From: a virus | IMG/VR virus record: IMGVR_UViG_3300026292_000004 | Span: 1-64,000 of that record | Strand: one strand, 5' to 3' | DNA length: 64,000 nucleotides | Part shown: positions 27,029 through 39,000 of the stretch, in pieces | Layout of the letters: every line of letters begins with the position of its first letter | How positions within the stretch are numbered: position 1 is the stretch's first letter | Translations under genes and position numbers: made by a program | The notes under the pieces: model-generated | The model's database searches: none | The model's input: only the letters and a program-made list of their open reading frames with translations | Told to the model about the DNA's origin: nothing

Positions 27029-30000
27029 TTAGCAAGTGCAATAGCACGGAAGTCAGAGATCAAAGGAACACGAGCTTGGTTTGTAGAACGCATTACAATT
27101 TTAACTTGCATTGCATTGAAGTTCAAACCTTTCACTTCATATTCATAGTCTTTCCAAAGTTCCTCTTCTGTAGCAGTTGAGTTATAATTTGTTTGATAAC
27201 CCATGTTGACCCACTGTTGCTCATCTATGTTACCAGTTGATCCAACAGGAACAACCTTATAATAGATTGAGATAGTAGTGTCAGGATGTCTACTAGCAGC
27301 GAACGAAACCGTCAAAGCAGTTGCCTTGGTTGCGAGTTTAGTTAGACGTGTAATGTATATAGCTTCGTTTGGATCACCCTTTGCTACGGTTGACCAGTCT
27401 GTATTTGTACTGAATCCACTGTCTCCACTCTGCATATAATAACCAGATCCACTAGTACTAGAACTAACAATATTGTTGATTCTATTAGAGGTGGTAATTA
27501 GAGAAGAACGGTCAAGGTCAATAACAGGTGATACATTATCAGACTCACTAGTTAATATACATTCCATAGTGAATGATTTATTACCACTCAATTCATTATC
27601 TTCATTCAACTTGGAGCATATAATACGAGGTGTTGGGAAGACATTTTGCTCATTTAAAATAATATCTTCAAATACACCATCATTTATAAATGACTGTTGA
27701 GTCATATTTGCTGCCTTACCATCATTCATTGACGTACCAGTAACAGTATTACATCTAGCACGAATTTCGGTCTTAGGTAGAACCATAGTCTTCATGTTAG
27801 GTGTCAATACTTCAAATGGTAAGTTCTGAGTTGCAACACCAAATAGACCACCTGAACGTATGCCAGCAGTAGCGACAGAATCCAAGTGAAGCATATAAGT
27901 GTCCATAGTAGGACAAGAGATTGAGGTATGTACCTTATTAATTTCTGTTAGAGGAACACCATCAATGTTGTAACAGAATATTGGTTCTGCATTAGCATGA
28001 GCAGCAGCCGTAGTACCACCAGCACCTCTACCAGCAGCATTAGGAACTGTGATGGTCTTTCCATCACTAGAAATTCCACTATACTGAATAATTTCATCTT
28101 CAATTTTTAAGTAACCAGGATTACTTACAGAGATTGCAACACCGTTAACTATCTGATGGAATACACCAGCAGACTCAACACTAATTGAAAGTGCGTCAGC
28201 AGCAAGAGCAGATGTCAATACAGTTGGAGCAATCTCAGATGTAATACCTGAAATTTCAACGTTGTTTCCACGATCATGCATACCGTGGTTCTGATGATAG
28301 ATCCAGCACTCACGTTCTGCATTATTATATGTTGGTTGTGCAACTGGGTATGCGTTAACACTATCACCAACGGCAGTAACACCACCACTAGCGTGTGAAG
28401 TAGCAAATGCACCAGCAGCAGTACTATTTTCTTGGTCAATTTGATCGTTAGCAGGATCAAATACACCACTTACATAACGAACTGTTAATTGTGAAGGAAC
28501 ACCTGATGAACCTTCAGTAAATCCTGTAATTTGTGCTCTAGTAGAACTAGAAGATCCAACAACCCATCCACCTTCAACATTATTACCTGCATCAGGAACA
28601 GTGAATGTACCTGTAACAGGGTGTGTTAGATATAAAGTAGCAGTAGCAGCAGAAGATACGATACCTTGTACTGTATTACCAGAGTTGTCTATAGATCCTG
28701 ATAACCACGATCCTTTAATATCAGTAATAGTAATTGTGTCAGGGTCAGTTGTACTATTGAATGCTGTAACAGTTGCTTCAGCGTTAGTAGTTTCTTGATA
28801 CAGACGAGCACCAACTGATATAGTATAGTTAGTACCAGTAGCAAGTGTTAGAACCTGTTGAGGTTTCAATGTCTGAACTGGGTTCTCAACTAGAGTATGT
28901 GAACCAGCATTTGCTAATCCAAGTTCTGCGTTTTCAAACTTAGCAAGACCACCAGCACTAGTATCAAACTTAGCACGGTAAATTGTAAACTTCAAATCTT
29001 CGTACTGGTCAGCAGTCCACGTAGATGCGTTCTGTGACTTGAATAGTACACCAGCGTAAGGCTGTTCTGATATAGTTCTATCTCCACCAATCTCTAGGTC
29101 TCCCATTCGGGATATCCAGATAGTATATTCGTTAGAGTCAGATAATAGAACGAAACAATATTCAGTTGACTGCTGAATATAAACAGGTGCTTGGAATACA
29201 AACGTTGTTGATACAGCAGCATTATCAGAAATTTCAACATCCTCTGGGTTTAAACTAACGTCAGAGAAAGGTAGAATAACTTTAGAAGGATAACCATTTT
29301 CCATAGCACGAATCTGCATGGAGATTGGAATGTTCTTATCCTTACTTCCAAAGAATACGTCAACCTTAGTTAAGAATACTCCACCCTCAGTGTCAACAAT
29401 AAAGGATTGTGCAACAGGGTCATACCAACCAATCTGTCTAACCTCAGTTCTAGTAGATCTAACAGTACGACTATCTGTAACAGTATCCATAACGACTTGA
29501 GCGTTACGTATTGAGTGGATAGTCTCTTGAACGGTAGTTAAAGTACCTCTTGCTGTAAAGTTTGCTTCAGCAGATGAATCAACTGTACCTGGAACTAGAG
29601 AGTTCTTTTCACTAGATGTAAATCTAATTTGTCTAATACCAGTTGCCCAACGTGGGTTAACGTTCTTAACTGGAGGTGGTATAAAGAAACAACCTCTAGC
29701 ATATCCACGCTTATCGGTAATAAGACGACGATCTTTAACAACAGCACGAGCACCAGATGTCTGTCCTATCAATACTTCTCCTACCTGAATATTACCTCTT
29801 GCTTTGTTATTGGTAATCTTTGCCATCTGTGCAGCATTGTGGTTTAACAATGGTGTCTGAGATGAATAGGATGATGGTAGTGCAGCATCATCAGTTGAAT
29901 ATGGGTTAGTGTCATATACACTATTAGGTTTCAAAACTTTCAAACGAACGTCTGAAGTCATACCTTTAACAATTTCACCAACAACAAATGGTGTTTCATT

Positions 30001-33000
30001 TGTTCTAGCATCTTCAGTTGAGTTCTTAACTAACTCAATCAGTTTAGGAGTAATATAGTTACTAATCTTTTTCTTATCAAAGAAAGCATAAAGTCTTGTC
30101 TTAGGCTTAGCACGAGTAATAGTATAACGAATATTTCTGGATCTCATCCAAGGAATATTGGTTTGTGATAGAATTGAATCACCCTGTGATTGCCTTGTAA
30201 TCTTAGGTACAACACGAGTTCTGATACCTAAACGAGTTTGGTTGTTAGTAACAGTAAACTCACGACGTTGGTGTAGATAGAATAGACCTTGAGAACGACC
30301 AGCGTGACCCAATCTACCTAATCTACGACCACCACCTAGGTTAGTTCTAGAACGGAAGTTACGAGTAGATCTTACTCTTTCACCAGTCCAGTTAGTTGTC
30401 CAACCAGTCCACTGAGTAGGAGAAAATCCATTCTTATCAACGTTAAGATCTCTTGATACTTGTGAGAAGTCACCTTCAACGTTCTCAACACGAGCAGGTA
30501 GACGCTTGATGTCAACCCAGTCATCAGAGGATGGAAGAAGGTCAACACGTCCAATGAATGTGAATACGTTAAATGGGTTTACGTTCTCAAGTCTTGAAGC
30601 ATATGGTTGCTCAATAATCTGTTCAGATTCATAAGGAAGAGTAGCAACTAATGCCTCATCAACATCATCTATATCCCAAGGAGTTAACATAATACCTGTT
30701 GAGGTAGTAGCATTAAACTCCAATGGGCAGTTATTGGTATAGTGAGAAGGTCTTAAATATCCATTCTGTATATCAATAGATGCTTTATAATCTTCGTTTA
30801 AAATGTCACCAATAGTATGGTCAGTAAAGTCATCTACAACATAACCATTCTTAAATCTGTTTAAACCATCTTCATCGTAAGTAGTAGCATTCTGAGTCTC
30901 AGTTTCTAAAAGAGATAGTGAAGTATAGTATTCAACGTTATCTAATCTAGTTTCAATGTTACCAATGTCACGCATTGTATAACGTCTGTTATTCTCAACC
31001 TCTACTAAAATATCTCTTTCTGGATCATAGCAATATGGTTTATGTTCAAGAACTGCCAAGAGCATTGCTGAGTCCATATGGTCAGGTTCTTGAGGTTCCT
31101 CAGCAGACTTACCTCTAACAATAGTAAATTCTCCATCATGTGTAAGGAATAATTTATCAATTCTTGGTAGATAATAATCAAAGTCACATCGGAATGATGT
31201 GCCAGTATCCATTATATCAAAGACAGTTGAAGTAGCATCAAAGACACGGGATTCAAAGTCAAAACAAGTACAAGTCACATAGTATGGGTTTCCAACTGTA
31301 CCAGAACCATTAGCAAGTTCTTTAACACCTGGACGGAAATCAATTGTATCACGTAAGAACATAATACCGCCTTCTGGTTTCCAGTTAGGAATCTCAGAAT
31401 AATCTATACCAACATATGACTGAGCATTAAAGTAGTCTCCTGAAGACTCATGCTTGAAGTAGTCAAATACAACTGCTAATTGATGTCTTGGTTGCGAATA
31501 AGATCTTCCACGAACAAGTCTTGATACATCATAGTAATAAGAATCTTGTCCTGGTTGTAGGTTGAACTGTACAGTGATATCTGTTGATCCATTCTCAATT
31601 GCACCATCAGCATCAGAAACAAATGCTTGAATTGTTTCAGAGTTACTATTAACACCTGTTACAAGTTCACCAGGTATGAATGTACCATCAAGAACTACAT
31701 GGTATAATTTTAGTGTTGAAGAAACAAAGTCTACAACTGTTGCACGAGCACCAGAAGTTGTACCTTCAATAATAGTACCAGTTGCAAAGAATGCTGTTTC
31801 AACTAGAGTTACAAAAGGAACCTTAGCAGCTTCACCATCTAGTGATTCATATACTGCATGAATCTTATAAACGTCATTTAAACCAAATGTAATTTCCTCG
31901 TCTTCAATACGGGTTCCGTACTTGTTACTATAACCTAATCCAAATAATTGTTGATCCTGCTTAGTTCTAGTCTTATTGACTGCCATAACTTGCATCTTAG
32001 ATGCAGTTTTAATTTTACGTTGGACTACAGACTTAGATAATGCAACTGTGGCTTTAATAGAAGTAATATTCTTAAGTCCAGTATTAGCACCACCTGGAGA
32101 TGTTAACGTAGCAGTTTGTCTATCAGCACCAAATGTAATTGCAATAGTACCTGCATTAACAGCAGCTTCCATATCAATCTTAGTACCAGGACCAGCGTAG
32201 TCGTTGTTACTACCACCACCTGTGTCAATAGTTACTACAAAGTTATCATTGGAGAATGTTTCAAACTGTTCATTCTCACCAAGAGTAATTGTTGTACCAC
32301 CATTATTAATACTGGTAGCATTGTAACTTCTATAAACTGTGAAGGACTCGTCAGAAATTGACTTAATGGAGTGCTTCGGCATGTCAATGGTAAGGTTACC
32401 ATTCTGATAATTCTTGAGGAATACTCTAGGTCTCATACGACCTACTTGCTGATAATCTCCATCTACAACAGTACCTATCTTATCTGCACCATCACATAAT
32501 ACAGTCTGAGCACCTGGTGTACCAAATATAACATTGGTTCCACTATTCTTATTAGCAGCAGTAACGTTAATATCAGATTGATTAACTTTCTCTGCTCTAA
32601 ATGTATTGTTACCTACTTCATCAGATAGACCTACAGTTAGAACTTCACCTGGTCTTATATCTGAAGCATAGTTAGATGCAAATCCAGTCAGTTTTGTAGT
32701 AGGTATACTACCTGTCAATACAACATTATGAGTTGAACCTTCAATCTGTTCAACAGTATTCAATAGAAGGTCAGCAGTAAATACTACTTGTGATGATAAT
32801 GAAAGATCAGCACGTCCTACAACAGAACGAGTATCAGTAAATTCATATTCCCACAAAGCAGAAATAGATGTTAATGATACACCATCCAATTCAATAGCTT
32901 CTCCTTGTCTAAATCTACCTTTAACGTCTGTTAATTGAATAGTAGTTGTACTAATAGCACGAATAGATCCTATAGCACCTGAAGAAGCACCTCTAACGAT

Positions 33001-34479
33001 CATTCCAGTCTCATTAAGAGTGGCAGATACATCAGCAGCAGTATTTAATACTGTATACATTTGCACGTCAAAGATGTGCAATTCATTACCTTCAGTAGCA
33101 CCAGCAATACCACCATTAGTAAGGTTATTGCTTAACTGTGCACATCTTGCAAAACCAATTATATTACCTTGAGGTGTACCTTCACCAGCAACATCCCAGT
33201 CATCACGTAATTCAAGTACTTGATAGTTATAAGTTACGTTTGGTCCTGTAAGTAATGGCCAACCATATATGTTAGTAACTAGAACTGACTGTGCAAGTTC
33301 AAATGGAATAATTGTATTCTGAACTGCCTTAGTATCTCTTGCTTTTGGAATATCAACATAAGTTGGTGCAAGGGTATGAAGTCTATAACCTCTTACATAC
33401 GCTTTACCTGGAGCAATCTCAGCAGCAATATATTCATCAGATGCTGCTAGTCCAGCATCAGAACTTTCATCCTGTTGATACACACCATTATTAAATCCAT
33501 CATCCTTATGCTCACGCATAGTGATGTCAAAAGTATCAAGAGCATAGTCTCCAGACTCTTCGTAAGTACGAATAGCCATTGATCTTTCAAGTTCTGAGTA
33601 TGCAGTCTTTTCTACAAACTCTTGTACCTTAGAGTTCTTAAGACGCAACAATTCTATAAAGTTTTTATCCGAGTCATCGTCTATTGCTTTCTTAACCAGA
33701 GTAGTTCTAATTCTAAATCTATGACCACCTGGAGCAGAGTAGTTTGACGTACCTGCTGCGTTATCATTTAGAGTTGGATCATCCTCAGAGGTAATAATTG
33801 ATTCTGATACCTCAAGTCCTACTCTATATGATGGAGTGTTTGTATACTGGTCTAGAATAATATAACCAGTAGGAACATCAACAAAATATCCACGAATGAA
33901 ATATACACCTTCGTTAATATATGCTGCTGAAGCAGTTGCAGTAGCACCATCTGGTAACATCTGAGCGAAAGGTGAACCCATTTCAATCAGTGTAGTACCA
34001 AAAGTGATGTCAGCATCTGCCATCAACTGTTCATTATTTTTAAATTGTTTAACATCTGTATCAGAAGTAGAGTCAGCAGAATCAATATACTTAACGTATA
34101 GTGTAATATACCCCTTGTCTGATATAGTTGATGATATAGAATATAATACTTTTGCCTTAATACCTGTTGTAACACCAGTAATTAACTTACCTGTCAACTG
34201 TTCCCTATACAACTCAACGTCAGCCCCTAAGAAGTTTTGTTGTAAAAGAATAGCAGAAACATTTAAGTCATAACCAATTTGACCAGGTATAACCATCGCA
34301 CCTTCTTTAAAGAAGTGCGTTCCCATGTTCTCAATCTGATTCTGCATGATTGATTGCATGGTCGTGAGTTCACGAGCCTGGATTGGAAACCCTGGTCGGA
34401 ACAACACCTTATAAAAATTTTTATCCTTGTCAAAGTCGTCGTAATACGGCGTGACATTCAGGTTAGTATTCTGTGGCAT
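27025..34479 (-). CDS. Large virion structural protein, DUF4815/VrlC-like (2,484 aa)
   Basis: NLNVTPYYDDFD..K.FYKVLFRPG..QARELT, RRYTMRDIG.IE.R..NVEYYTSLSLLE, DPVAQSF, GVLFKSQNASTWT, P.I.DFRAIAL. Confidence 0.9.
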   Translation of the reverse strand: MPQNTNLNVTPYYDDFDKDKNFYKVLFRPGFPIQARELTTMQSIMQNQIENMGTHFFKEGAMVIPGQIGYDLNVSAILLQQNFLGADVELYREQLTGKLITGVTTGIKAKVLYSISSTISDKGYITLYVKYIDSADSTSDTDVKQFKNNEQLMADADITFGTTLIEMGSPFAQMLPDGATATASAAYINEGVYFIRGYFVDVPTGYIILDQYTNTPSYRVGLEVSESIITSEDDPTLNDNAAGTSNYSAPGGHRFRIRTTLVKKAIDDDSDKNFIELLRLKNSKVQEFVEKTAYSELERSMAIRTYEESGDYALDTFDITMREHKDDGFNNGVYQQDESSDAGLAASDEYIAAEIAPGKAYVRGYRLHTLAPTYVDIPKARDTKAVQNTIIPFELAQSVLVTNIYGWPLLTGPNVTYNYQVLELRDDWDVAGEGTPQGNIIGFARCAQLSNNLTNGGIAGATEGNELHIFDVQMYTVLNTAADVSATLNETGMIVRGASSGAIGSIRAISTTTIQLTDVKGRFRQGEAIELDGVSLTSISALWEYEFTDTRSVVGRADLSLSSQVVFTADLLLNTVEQIEGSTHNVVLTGSIPTTKLTGFASNYASDIRPGEVLTVGLSDEVGNNTFRAEKVNQSDINVTAANKNSGTNVIFGTPGAQTVLCDGADKIGTVVDGDYQQVGRMRPRVFLKNYQNGNLTIDMPKHSIKSISDESFTVYRSYNATSINNGGTTITLGENEQFETFSNDNFVVTIDTGGGSNNDYAGPGTKIDMEAAVNAGTIAITFGADRQTATLTSPGGANTGLKNITSIKATVALSKSVVQRKIKTASKMQVMAVNKTRTKQDQQLFGLGYSNKYGTRIEDEEITFGLNDVYKIHAVYESLDGEAAKVPFVTLVETAFFATGTIIEGTTSGARATVVDFVSSTLKLYHVVLDGTFIPGELVTGVNSNSETIQAFVSDADGAIENGSTDITVQFNLQPGQDSYYYDVSRLVRGRSYSQPRHQLAVVFDYFKHESSGDYFNAQSYVGIDYSEIPNWKPEGGIMFLRDTIDFRPGVKELANGSGTVGNPYYVTCTCFDFESRVFDATSTVFDIMDTGTSFRCDFDYYLPRIDKLFLTHDGEFTIVRGKSAEEPQEPDHMDSAMLLAVLEHKPYCYDPERDILVEVENNRRYTMRDIGNIETRLDNVEYYTSLSLLETETQNATTYDEDGLNRFKNGYVVDDFTDHTIGDILNEDYKASIDIQNGYLRPSHYTNNCPLEFNATTSTGIMLTPWDIDDVDEALVATLPYESEQIIEQPYASRLENVNPFNVFTFIGRVDLLPSSDDWVDIKRLPARVENVEGDFSQVSRDLNVDKNGFSPTQWTGWTTNWTGERVRSTRNFRSRTNLGGGRRLGRLGHAGRSQGLFYLHQRREFTVTNNQTRLGIRTRVVPKITRQSQGDSILSQTNIPWMRSRNIRYTITRAKPKTRLYAFFDKKKISNYITPKLIELVKNSTEDARTNETPFVVGEIVKGMTSDVRLKVLKPNSVYDTNPYSTDDAALPSSYSSQTPLLNHNAAQMAKITNNKARGNIQVGEVLIGQTSGARAVVKDRRLITDKRGYARGCFFIPPPVKNVNPRWATGIRQIRFTSSEKNSLVPGTVDSSAEANFTARGTLTTVQETIHSIRNAQVVMDTVTDSRTVRSTRTEVRQIGWYDPVAQSFIVDTEGGVFLTKVDVFFGSKDKNIPISMQIRAMENGYPSKVILPFSDVSLNPEDVEISDNAAVSTTFVFQAPVYIQQSTEYCFVLLSDSNEYTIWISRMGDLEIGGDRTISEQPYAGVLFKSQNASTWTADQYEDLKFTIYRAKFDTSAGGLAKFENAELGLANAGSHTLVENPVQTLKPQQVLTLATGTNYTISVGARLYQETTNAEATVTAFNSTTDPDTITITDIKGSWLSGSIDNSGNTVQGIVSSAATATLYLTHPVTGTFTVPDAGNNVEGGWVVGSSSSTRAQITGFTEGSSGVPSQLTVRYVSGVFDPANDQIDQENSTAAGAFATSHASGGVTAVGDSVNAYPVAQPTYNNAERECWIYHQNHGMHDRGNNVEISGITSEIAPTVLTSALAADALSISVESAGVFHQIVNGVAISVSNPGYLKIEDEIIQYSGISSDGKTITVPNAAGRGAGGTTAAAHANAEPIFCYNIDGVPLTEINKVHTSISCPTMDTYMLHLDSVATAGIRSGGLFGVATQNLPFEVLTPNMKTMVLPKTEIRARCNTVTGTSMNDGKAANMTQQSFINDGVFEDIILNEQNVFPTPRIICSKLNEDNELSGNKSFTMECILTSESDNVSPVIDLDRSSLITTSNRINNIVSSSTSGSGYYMQSGDSGFSTNTDWSTVAKGDPNEAIYITRLTKLATKATALTVSFAASRHPDTTISIYYKVVPVGSTGNIDEQQWVNMGYQTNYNSTATEEELWKDYEYEVKGLNFNAMQVKIVMRSTNQARVPLISDFRAIALAK

Positions 34480-34493
34480 CTTAGGGACTTATA

Positions 34494-36026
34494 TTAGAAT
34501 TCAATAACAACTTTAATGTCTTCAATCTGGTCGTTAGCACGAGAAATCGTACGTCTATTATCTATGTAGATAAGATTACCAGAGTTAGACTCTATCTCAG
34601 GTTTTGCATAACCAGAGGTAAATCTCATACCTAGGTCATATTCGGTGTTGTTAATAACACGAGAAGAGGTGTTAGGAACAGCAGGGAAGTTCACATCTGG
34701 GTCGCCAGAAGCACCAGACGAGGAACCTTGAATGGCATTAGAACCATCAAACTCGTTCAAAGAACCAGTAACAGCAGGGAAAATACCATCAACTCTATTT
34801 TGATAATACTTAAGAACCTTAGTTGTTGAGTTCCAAGAAATAACCTTACCAGTTGCAGTAACAGACTGACCACCCACAATACGAGTTTGTGTAATTGTTT
34901 CGTCAGGAATGAAGTTACCTTGGAAGGTTGTTGGGAAGATAACTGCTCTTGCAGCAGATAATGTTAGATCAGAAAGAAGTTCAGTAGTACCATACTTCTT
35001 AGGATTAGTGCAAAGACCAATACGACGATAATCGTTATCAATCGGGAAGTCTCCAGCACCTTCATCATATGATAGTTTAGCGTTAACCATAACACGGTAA
35101 GCACCCACTTCCACTACTGGGTCTTTACCATGACCACCTGGAGGTGGAATGATAACGTCAATTTGACCACCAGTTCCAGTACCAATACCAGAAACTGAGT
35201 TAACGGTTACTTTACCAAAGGAATATCCAGTACCACCAGATGTCACAGTAGCAGAAATAACACGACCACCATCAACCACGATGGAAACACGTCCACCAGT
35301 TCCATCTCCAGCAATCGCTACGTTATCATATGTACCATTGTTATAACCTGAACCAGATGAAGTAATGACAACAGTGTCAATTTCACCAGCAACAGCGTTA
35401 GAACTTACTGAAGCATCTGAGAATACAGGCATGTAATCAGCAGAGAAGAACTTCAGAACCTGTGCGACAGGAATAGTATACATATACTTCCAACGATACC
35501 CGTCAGAAGTAGTGATGATGGATGTAGAAGTACCAGTAGGTTCAATGGTAGAAGGCTTACCATTAGGGTCAGCAGGAGAAGTACCGTTATAAATGCACTT
35601 ATATACTTGGTAATTGGAGTTAACGACATAGAAGTCAGAGTCATACAACTTAGTAGCACCAGACGATGCTGTGTTAGTTGGTGAGTAGTCATGACGATAC
35701 ATGTCATAAGTATAACCCAAACCACCAGTAGTTTGTTCTGGGGGAATCCAGTCAATACGACGTACGACTTGAATCGTGTCAGCAGCAAGAACACGCTTCA
35801 ATGACATCATATCATCGTAAGCATCAGAGAACTCATCAAATGAGTCTACCGCTTGCGGCGGTGAGTTTTCGTTGTCCCATTCTTGGGGACGACCAATAAA
35901 GATGTATAGACGATCTCTATCATCACCCGCAGTTGTGTCACTTGCCAGAGGATCTGGTCCTTCTAGTGACTTAATAAACTTCTGGGCTGTAAATATTCTA
36001 AATTGATCAGTAAGTAGTGCTGCCAT
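34494..36026 (-). CDS. gp8: Baseplate wedge subunit
   Basis: ALLTDQFRI, LYIFIGRPQEW, DFYVVNSNYQVYKCIYN, DGYRWKYMYTI, SGNLIYIDNRR..R..DQIEDIKVVIEF. Confidence 0.95.
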   Translation of the reverse strand: MAALLTDQFRIFTAQKFIKSLEGPDPLASDTTAGDDRDRLYIFIGRPQEWDNENSPPQAVDSFDEFSDAYDDMMSLKRVLAADTIQVVRRIDWIPPEQTTGGLGYTYDMYRHDYSPTNTASSGATKLYDSDFYVVNSNYQVYKCIYNGTSPADPNGKPSTIEPTGTSTSIITTSDGYRWKYMYTIPVAQVLKFFSADYMPVFSDASVSSNAVAGEIDTVVITSSGSGYNNGTYDNVAIAGDGTGGRVSIVVDGGRVISATVTSGGTGYSFGKVTVNSVSGIGTGTGGQIDVIIPPPGGHGKDPVVEVGAYRVMVNAKLSYDEGAGDFPIDNDYRRIGLCTNPKKYGTTELLSDLTLSAARAVIFPTTFQGNFIPDETITQTRIVGGQSVTATGKVISWNSTTKVLKYYQNRVDGIFPAVTGSLNEFDGSNAIQGSSSGASGDPDVNFPAVPNTSSRVINNTEYDLGMRFTSGYAKPEIESNSGNLIYIDNRRTISRANDQIEDIKVVIEF

Positions 36027-36049
36027 GGCCTATGGGGTTTCCTCCGTTT

Positions 36050-36057
36050 TATTTATA
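36050..36057 (-). promoter_or_regulatory. T4 late promoter TATAAATA upstream of gp8
   Basis: Exact consensus 24 nt before the ATG. Confidence 0.85.
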
Positions 36058-36058
36058 C

Positions 36059-39000
36059 TCAGTCGTTGCGGATACTTGTATCGTAGGTTATTCTCTTTAT
36101 TCTCCAAGAAGCACCACCCGCACCAACGAGCTTCTCACCACCAAGGATAACCTCAGCGACTGCACCACTTCCTGTAGTATCAATTCCTGCATTTGTAAAT
36201 GTCACAGTAGGGTGCAAAGTACCTGCTGTAACTACTTTCTTATATCCGTAACCACCATTGGTCACAGTTAAAGAACCAACCTGGTCACCGTCAGATGTCA
36301 TATTAACAACTGCCTGTGCTTGTATCTCACCAGAATTTTCAATTACAACTGTTGGAGTTGCAGTATAATCAAGTCCTGGTTCCAGTACCCTAACCTCTGT
36401 CACAGTAGAATCATCAGAGAACTCATAGAAATAACCATTTGTTCCGAGGTTTAGATTGTTAGTAAAGTATGGAAGTGGGTTGATAAGAACTAGAGTTCTA
36501 GTTGCTTGCTCCCATGATTCCACCGTTGCTTGAATATTAGAACTTTGTCCTGTTACAGTCTCACCTACAACAAATGCTATACTATTAGTATCTGTTGTTG
36601 CTAATGTTACTCTTATTCTAGCAGTATGCTCAACACCATCTCTTAATGCTCCAGCAGATTCAACCGTGGAGTACTTAAATGGTATAGAAGCATCTTTTAC
36701 TTGATCACCAATTGCGAAGATAGTAGTATTCTGACCACCAACGGTTTCTTCAATACCATATAATGAACTATGTATCCCACCATCTAAGTTAATTTGGTCG
36801 GCATAATCAGTTCCAGTATTGAATACATCAGGAATACCATCACCTGCACCTGAAGCTTCAGCATCATCTTCAAATGCTTTGTCTGTCAAAGTTAATTGAT
36901 AGACGACAATATTACTTCCTACCTCATCTATAATGTTATGTGGTAACTGTGTATTGTTTGATGCATTAGGAGTACCACCATCAAAAGCAACTGTTCTATC
37001 TGAAGTAGATGGAATACCAGCATCAATGAATGCCAACTCATCAACTTGGAATACAATTAACAGTTCTCTACTTACTGGGTTCCAGTCATAAACTTTAGCA
37101 ATCTTATTACTTGCACTCTCAACCTTACGAACTAACCTATCTCCAACATTAAATTCGTATGTTGATACACCATCAACGTTCTGAATACCATCAACTATAA
37201 CTCTCTGGTCATATCTAAAGTTAGTACCTCTAGTACATCCTAAGAATTTTTTAGTATTTTTACTAGTATATTCAATGATCTCCTTACCGATCATGAATTT
37301 TCCAGATCCAGGATAGGCATCTGTACTATCTACAACTACTTCTTCATCGTTAGTATCAAGAGATTTTTGAAGACCAGTAACAAAGAAACTAGCAGCATTA
37401 TAAGACTGACGATTTCTAACCTTTCTTTTTACATTAACTAATTTAGTAAATATTATATTAGGTGATGATGTATATCCTCTACCTGGATCTATAACATCAA
37501 TACCTACAACTTCACCTTGATCAATCCTTGCAGTTGCTCTAGCACCAACTCCACCACCACCTTGAATGTAAATATATGGTGGTTCTTGATAGAATCTACC
37601 TGGATTAGTAACAGCAATATTAGTAACTATACCACTATAATCAATGTTAGCAACACCCTCAGCATCTTGTCCACCACCACCTTGGAAGAATAAAGTTGGT
37701 GGAGTTATATAACCAGAACCAGGATTATCTAATGATAAACCACTTATAGACTGTGTTACGGGAATAGCAGTAGCACCCGTACCTTCACCACCAAGAATAT
37801 CTGCTCTTGCTTCACCAAAATATCCATCACCACCAGCAATCATCTTAACATATTCAACCTGACCAGCATTAGTTTCACTAAGAACAACTTCTGCTCTAGC
37901 ACCGCTAGGTACTTCAGATGCTTGTACAGGAGGATTTGCACCTTTTCTAACTACATCACCATAATAAGTATTACCAATAGCATAAGGGTACTCTGGAGTC
38001 CCATCAGCTGCCGTTGTCATAAAGTATGCATAAGTTCCATTTGGATACTCAGGAGTTACACAATACCTACCATTATGCTCATCAAGATCACCTTCAGTAA
38101 CATCCCAAATATAATCTGAAATGAATGTACCAGCAGGATAATTTAGAATATTAGTCTTATTACCCATGTTAGGATGCATATAACAGAAGTAATGCAAATT
38201 AGCAGGTGCAAACCAAGGAACTGTAATTACAAGTTTTCTATTAGTAGCAGAGGTGTAATTAGAAACATACTGAGAATAGGTTACTTCTGCATTATTAATA
38301 TAATACTTAACACCACGTTCATAAAGAACATCTTGATCATATAAGGTTTGACTATCTGCATGCCAACCTTGCTTATCTGTTTCTCCAGCAAAATCTGTTA
38401 ATAGTAATACATGACCATCATTACTTGCATCATCTAAATTAAATGTAACTGTATCACCACGATTAATAAGTTCAATAGGTGCTACAACTCCATCTAATAA
38501 GAACTTACTATTAGCAGTAGTAACAACATAAGTTGTATTAGTAGGTGTATTGATTCCTACTCTATTACCATCAATTTCAACACCAGTTTTAAACCTATAA
38601 CCAGTATCAATTCTCTTAATTGCAGACTGATCATCTAATGGTGTTGTATAACCAAATGGTCCATATATCGGATACCCATCATATGATATACCTAAAACCT
38701 TACTATGTCCGTTAGTATGACGTGACTTATCTCCACCAAAATTAGTTTCATTATAATAAGTCTTAATTGTAAATAAACTATTGGCAGCAGCAAATGAATC
38801 AACTACCTTAGCATCTTGGAACAAATATAAATGATCATTATTTGGATACCCATGATAAGCATCATGATCTCTATAATTTATCTTAATCTGATCAAAATTA
38901 AATCCAACAGGAGGAGTACCATCTGATCCTGCATCTGGAGATATTAATGGTGATCCATTAGCAAGTAATCCAACCTGTTCAGGAAGACGATTAGGATTAT

